Part shown: in pieces, positions 61,440-64,000 of the stretch
How positions within the stretch are numbered: the first letter of the stretch is position 1
How the letters are laid out: each line of letters opens with the position of its first letter
Assembly (NCBI RefSeq): GCF_006345805.1
Contig: NW_021832375.1
Location: 186,001 to 250,000 of the forward strand
Reading direction: 5' to 3'
DNA: 64,000 nucleotides
Origin: Octopus sinensis
Taxonomy: Eukaryota
The notes under the pieces: model-generated
The model's database searches: none
What the model was told of the DNA's origin: nothing
What the model saw: only the letters and a program-made list of their open reading frames with translations
Program-made: the position numbers and the translations under genes

Positions 61440-62580
61440 TTGAACCAGGATTCATCCTGGGTCAAACGAACTGACCCTGAAGGGTCCTTCGATGTCGCGA
61501 TGGGGCATACGATAGCGCTGGTATTTGCAACCTTATATATAGGATTTTACATTCTGGACACCCTGGGTAATAAATTCCCTTCTGTCCACTTCGGTTTCGA
61601 TGCCTTAACCATCCCCAGAGGCGCCCACGGCCATCCTTTAGATAGGCTTAGAAAAGACATCATACGCACCCTTAACAACCTTGGCCTTAAAATAACCATA
61701 GAGACTAACCTCACCGGGATGTCACGCTCGATTTAGACAGTGGCTCCCTCAGACCATACCGCAAACCGAATGATAGGCTATCATGCATTAATACAGCCTC
61801 CTGCCACCCACCCATAGTGTTCAAAAACCTAATAAAAGGTATCAGTAAACGGATTTCTATCTTATCTACAATGAGGTGCTTGCGGCCAGCGGGTTCAAGG
61901 GGTTCAATGGCCATATAGTATATACACCAGGATCGAGTAACCATAAAAGGAAACGCCACCGCAAGGCCTTATGGTTCACTCCCCACTTCCCCTTAAACGT
62001 CCGGACATGCGTAGGTAAGATTTTTCTTAGGTTGGTTGATAAGCATTTCACGCGATCACACAAATATAGAAAGATCTTTAACAGACATAATTTAAGGATC
62101 TCTTTCAGTTGTGCACCCAATGTTAAGAAACAATTAATGCCCTGTGGACGGCCGATGTAACGCCGAGGCTACAGTGTACCAAGCAAAGGTAGACTCAGAC
62201 AGAAGCAGCACAAATATCAGTAACATCAATGCCAACACAGGGACACACTAAAATTTATGTCGGATCTTGTGAATCCAAATTTAAAATTCGCCTGAACAAC
62301 CACAGATCTTCTTTCAGGGTCCTGGAGGGATGCAACGCAACAATACTCGCAGCATACGTATGGCGCCTAAAGGACGATCATACGCACTTTAGCATCAGGT
62401 GGAAATTACTAGAAACTTGTGGATCCTATCGCAACGGAACTAGACTTTGTAAATTGTGTATGGCAGAAAAACATATAATCCTTATGAACTTAAATGAGAC
62501 AGGTGGCTACTTGAACTCCAGGACGGAAGCCGAGATGTCTACTTTTTAGGAAATTTTTACTTCAAAATTGGAAAACCTAG
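61440..62580 (+). pseudogene. 5'-truncated Penelope-like element (RT C-terminus, linker, GIY-YIG endonuclease)
   Basis: WVKR..FDVAMG, RKDII...GLKITIETNL, VTLDL..RPYRKPND, ALWFTPHF...KIFNRHNLRISFSC, CPVDGRC..TVYQAKV, KIYVGSCE..FKIRLNNHRSSF, CKLCMAEK, RKFLLQNWKT* across frameshifts. Confidence 0.9.
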
Positions 62581-62778
62581 CTATCAAGCGAAAGAAGACA
62601 ACTCGCCCGGCCATAATTTTTAAAGAGGAATATTTCTTGAACTGTCATCGGTGTTCTTGTGTTTAAAAAAAAAATTCTTTGCAGAGAACAGTAATCGTTT
62701 AGAGAAAATGAAGATATGTCTAGTTCACGCAAGATATTATATCAATGATTTTTTAACTGTTACTTTACACATACAATG

Positions 62779-62858
<80 letters not shown>

Positions 62859-63292
62859 CCTTTGTGTTTGTGTTTGTCGCCCACCACCACCTGACGACCG
62901 GTGTTGGCATATTTACGTCCCCGTAACCTAGCGGTTCAGCAAAATACATCAATAGAATAAGTACCAGACTTAAGAAAAAAAAGTACCGGGGTGGATTCGT
63001 TTGACTAAAATTTCTTCAAAGCGGTGCCCCAGCATGGTAGCAACTTAATGACTGAAACAAGTAAAAGCCAAAAAGAAAGGTTTGTTTCTCCAGAACTGAC
63101 CTGGGGGTTGAACATGGAAAAAGTCCAACTACGAAACGACAATAACAGCTGTAACAGAAACATGAAGTGTTAAAAATAAAATACATGAATATTAAAAGGG
63201 CTTTGTATATTCTGCTCCAGAATGGGCAGATAGCATGGGTTGATGTTCATCTTATTCCTCGAATACGAGTTTTAAAAAATGGGCTAGGAATT

Positions 63293-63295
<3 letters not shown>

Positions 63296-63372
<77 letters not shown>
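63296..63372. repeat. (GA)n microsatellite
   Basis: Seen directly. Confidence 0.95.
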
Positions 63373-63375
<3 letters not shown>

Positions 63376-63550
63376 CAAAAACTTATCAGTGGATGTGTTA
63401 ACAGGTTTGTTAGCAGTTCTTGGGAACAGACGAGTCGAAAGAGGAGTGACGTTAACGATAAAAAAAAATTTGAAGGAGGGACGCTTTGACGAAAGATAGA
63501 CATTAGACGTTTATTAGTAAGGCGTACAACACACACACACACACACGCGC

Positions 63551-63596
<46 letters not shown>

Positions 63597-64000
63597 ATAC
63601 ACACACATACACACACATTCAGATGTTGTTGGATGACCGACCGATACAAGGAAATTGAATATCCTTTTTATCAGCCCTCCAAACATCTTACCCTTTGCTG
63701 CGTTGTATTCTTTTTAGGGAGCAGCGAAGTTTGACAATTAAATGCTTTTTTTTTAAGAAGATATTGTTTTGATTTGTTTGTTCTCTTCTGATTTTCCTCT
63801 TTATTTTTTTCCCCCTCCAGCAAAAATATTGATAAAAAAAATAATAAAGTTCATTGACATCGTGTAATGGGACTTCTTTTCTTTTCTTTTTCGTTCCTTG
63901 CAATTTTGATTTGACCGAAATGTTTCTGATGATAGAATCACTTTTAACATCTGAAGGATACACCACAAACAACGTCTTGCGCGTCATTTTTGAAAAAAAG

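Noticed and set aside
63910-63945. GAAA...CTGATGA as a permuted hammerhead
   Set aside because: Spacing is too short for stems III and I.

Overview
AT-rich, microsatellite-saturated animal genomic DNA. It is most likely octopus, inferred from the tRNA-derived SINE families, which resemble the octopus OK/OR-type SINEs as I recall them. Most of the window is transposon-derived: a 5'-truncated CR1-type LINE, a Gypsy LTR relic, mariner and Tigger relics, R4/Dong-, RTE- and Penelope-like relics, non-autonomous Helitrons, two MITE families and many SINE copies. One host gene is supported, on the + strand: a phase 1-1 exon encoding a chitin-binding type-2 (peritrophin-A) domain at 29494-29715, plus a probable next exon at 36191. 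Best leads: (1) a family of ORF1-only retroelements (three diverged members, one with an intact 493-aa ORF, one with a TSD) whose 3' tail and stem-loop match the tail of an abundant SINE; (2) a canonical type I hammerhead ribozyme at 38212-38269 heading a small structured repeat whose second copy lacks the ribozyme; (3) SINE multimers with the same junction at six loci; (4) a 6-kb A-B-A/microsatellite higher-order array; (5) a 1.6-kb palindrome centred on two MITE ends. Alignments and translations were done by eye or taken from the ORF track. No database searches were run, and some repeat boundaries are approximate.
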